A DNA stretch of 64,000 nt from Zootoca vivipara (Eukaryota). Below, in pieces: positions 62,434 through 64,000 of this stretch. The stretch lies in NCBI RefSeq assembly GCF_963506605.1, contig NC_083277.1, positions 73,842,001 through 73,906,000 of the forward strand, read 5' to 3'. Position 1 is the stretch's first letter. Each line of letters begins with the position of its first letter. The notes beneath the pieces are model-generated. The model was not told the DNA's origin and made no database searches. It saw only the letters and a program-made list of their open reading frames with translations. The translations under genes were made by a program, and so were the position numbers.

Positions 62434-62510
<77 letters not shown>
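62434..62510. repeat. (GA)n microsatellite
   Basis: Direct tandem array. Confidence 0.95.
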
Positions 62511-62512
<2 letters not shown>

Positions 62513-62513
62513 T

Positions 62514-62610
62514 GACTGCGGGAAGCAGTGGCAGACAGGAGTGCCTGGCGTGCTCTGGTCCATGGGGTCATGAAGAGTCGGACACGATTAAACGACTAAA
62601 CAACAACAAC
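62514..62610 (+). mobile_element. Bov-B (RTE) LINE extreme 3' end
   Basis: actgcgggaagcagtggcagacaggagtgcctggcgtgctctggtccatggggtcatgaagagtcggacacga with a (CAA)n tail. Confidence 0.9.
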
Positions 62611-62986
62611 TACAGCAGCAACGATGATAGATAGGGGCTTCTGGTTTGCCTGCGGAGGGAAATGGTGGTGTGGAGCGGATCGTCTGCCTAAAGGACGACC
62701 GTTACCGGGCTATTTGAGCGACAGGGGTGCATGCCAGGGGTAGGCACCCCCCTTTAAAAGCCCCACAGACAGGATAAATAGAATAATACCCATGTACAAA
62801 TTGCAACCCACTGTTCCGTTTGTGTATTTTTAATGTTTTTGTGATTGTTTAGGGCTACTTTTGTTATGTTGTAGTCATGTGGTTTTTTCATGTTGTAATT
62901 ATGTATTCTTTTTAAGTTGTAAGCTGCCTTGAGCATGGTTTGAACTGTGGAAAAGTGGCATAAAAAGAAAAAAAAATGTGTGTATA

Positions 62987-63229
62987 CAGTGGTACCTTGG
63001 GTTAAGAACTTAATTCATTCTGGAGGTTCGTTTTTAACCTGAAACTGTTCTTAACCTGAGGTACCACTTTAGCTAATGGGGGCCTACTGCTGCTGCTGTG
63101 TCGCTGCCGCATGATTTCTGTTCTCATCCTGAAGCAAAGTTCTTAACCAGAGTTACTATTTCTGGGTTAGCGGAGTCTGTAACCTGAAGTGTCTGTAACC
63201 TGAAGCATCTGTAACCCGAGGTACCACTG
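62987..63229. mobile_element. Tc1/mariner (Tigger-like) MITE
   Basis: TA TSD; TIRs cagtggtaccttgggtta/taacccgaggtaccactg; internal TIR-like copy at ~63053-63068. Confidence 0.9.
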
Positions 63230-63963
63230 TATATGCGACATTGTATGCTCAGGCCTAGGAAGGAAAGACTAAAGTTTCTAACAGGAAAAATGCACCCAAA
63301 GGCATTGATTTCTAAGCCTTTCAAATGTAGGTATTTTTCCTTCTGAGAGCTGATAAGGCTGTAAGTATGTGACTGTATTTCCTAGCGATTGATTGGTTTG
63401 TTGCCTGTTTGAACCTGCTTCCCCGTGTCCTATAAATCATTGCTTCATCATCAACTGCACCTTCTTTTTTTAGCTGGGGTGCTTAACTGCCAGGCGATTT
63501 ACGAGGTTTGCCAATGGTTCTGGACAAAGAATATTTAATGAAAGAAAAGGGAGAAAAAAATCCTCAGGAGATTGCACTTCTCTGTGAACCATGAGCCCTT
63601 GAAGCAAACTCATTCTAGGTTATGTGTAAGTATGTGTGAGTGTATAAATAATATAGAGTTACATACACCTAGCTGGACAGGAGGTCGTAATTCCTGAGGG
63701 GCTCTATAGCCTTCCTAGAGCGCATGAGCGAAGCTCTCTGTCGCTAGATGGTATTTCTACAGCAGATCCTGAGATGCCAAGCGTTGCTGTCTGTACAGCA
63801 GGCAATTACAGATAGCGCACAAAAGAGTCAAAGAAAACCAGGCATTAGCTCTCGAAAAACATGCTACCAGCTTCCCCCACATCTTCCACTCGTCCCGTCT
63901 CTCTCTCTTGTTCAAGGCACCAGGGATTTCCAGAGAGACCCAGTTCAACCTACACATATACAG

Positions 63964-64000
63964 TAAAGGTAAAGGTAAAGGGACCCCTGACCATTAGGTC
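63964..64000 (-). mobile_element. Sauria SINE 3' end (cut by the window edge)
   Basis: taaaggtaaaggtaaagggacccctgaccattaggtc. Confidence 0.9.

Noticed and set aside
63738-63756. CTCF-like motif tgtcgctagatggtat (also 32797 and 3058)
   Set aside because: Only partial matches to the consensus; not supportable without PWM scoring or ChIP data.

Overview
Vertebrate nuclear DNA from a squamate reptile (Sauria SINEs and Bov-B 3' ends; a lacertid lizard is my inference). I could not recognise any host protein-coding exon, rRNA gene or intact tRNA gene, so the window reads as a large intron or gene desert. It is dense in transposon debris: L1, L2, CR1, RTE and Bov-B fragments, Sauria, tRNA-, CORE- and 5S-derived SINEs, many hAT, Tc1/mariner and PIF-like MITEs (several with visible target-site duplications, TSDs), a solo LTR and microsatellites. 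The standout structure is a Penelope-like retroelement remnant (13044-13925). Its GIY-YIG endonuclease fragment sits between two ~215-bp inverted arms, and each arm carries a minimal hammerhead ribozyme motif, one per strand. Degenerate relatives lie at about 34.9, 36.7 and 56.6 kb. Other leads are multi-layer nested insertions, repeated reuse of one hAT target site, a TSD-less solo LTR with a hairpin, an unexplained three-helix RNA-like fold at 59.8 kb, and a possible minus-strand first exon at 61.6 kb. Family names come from my recognition of sequence motifs, not from database searches, and boundaries of degenerate repeats are approximate.
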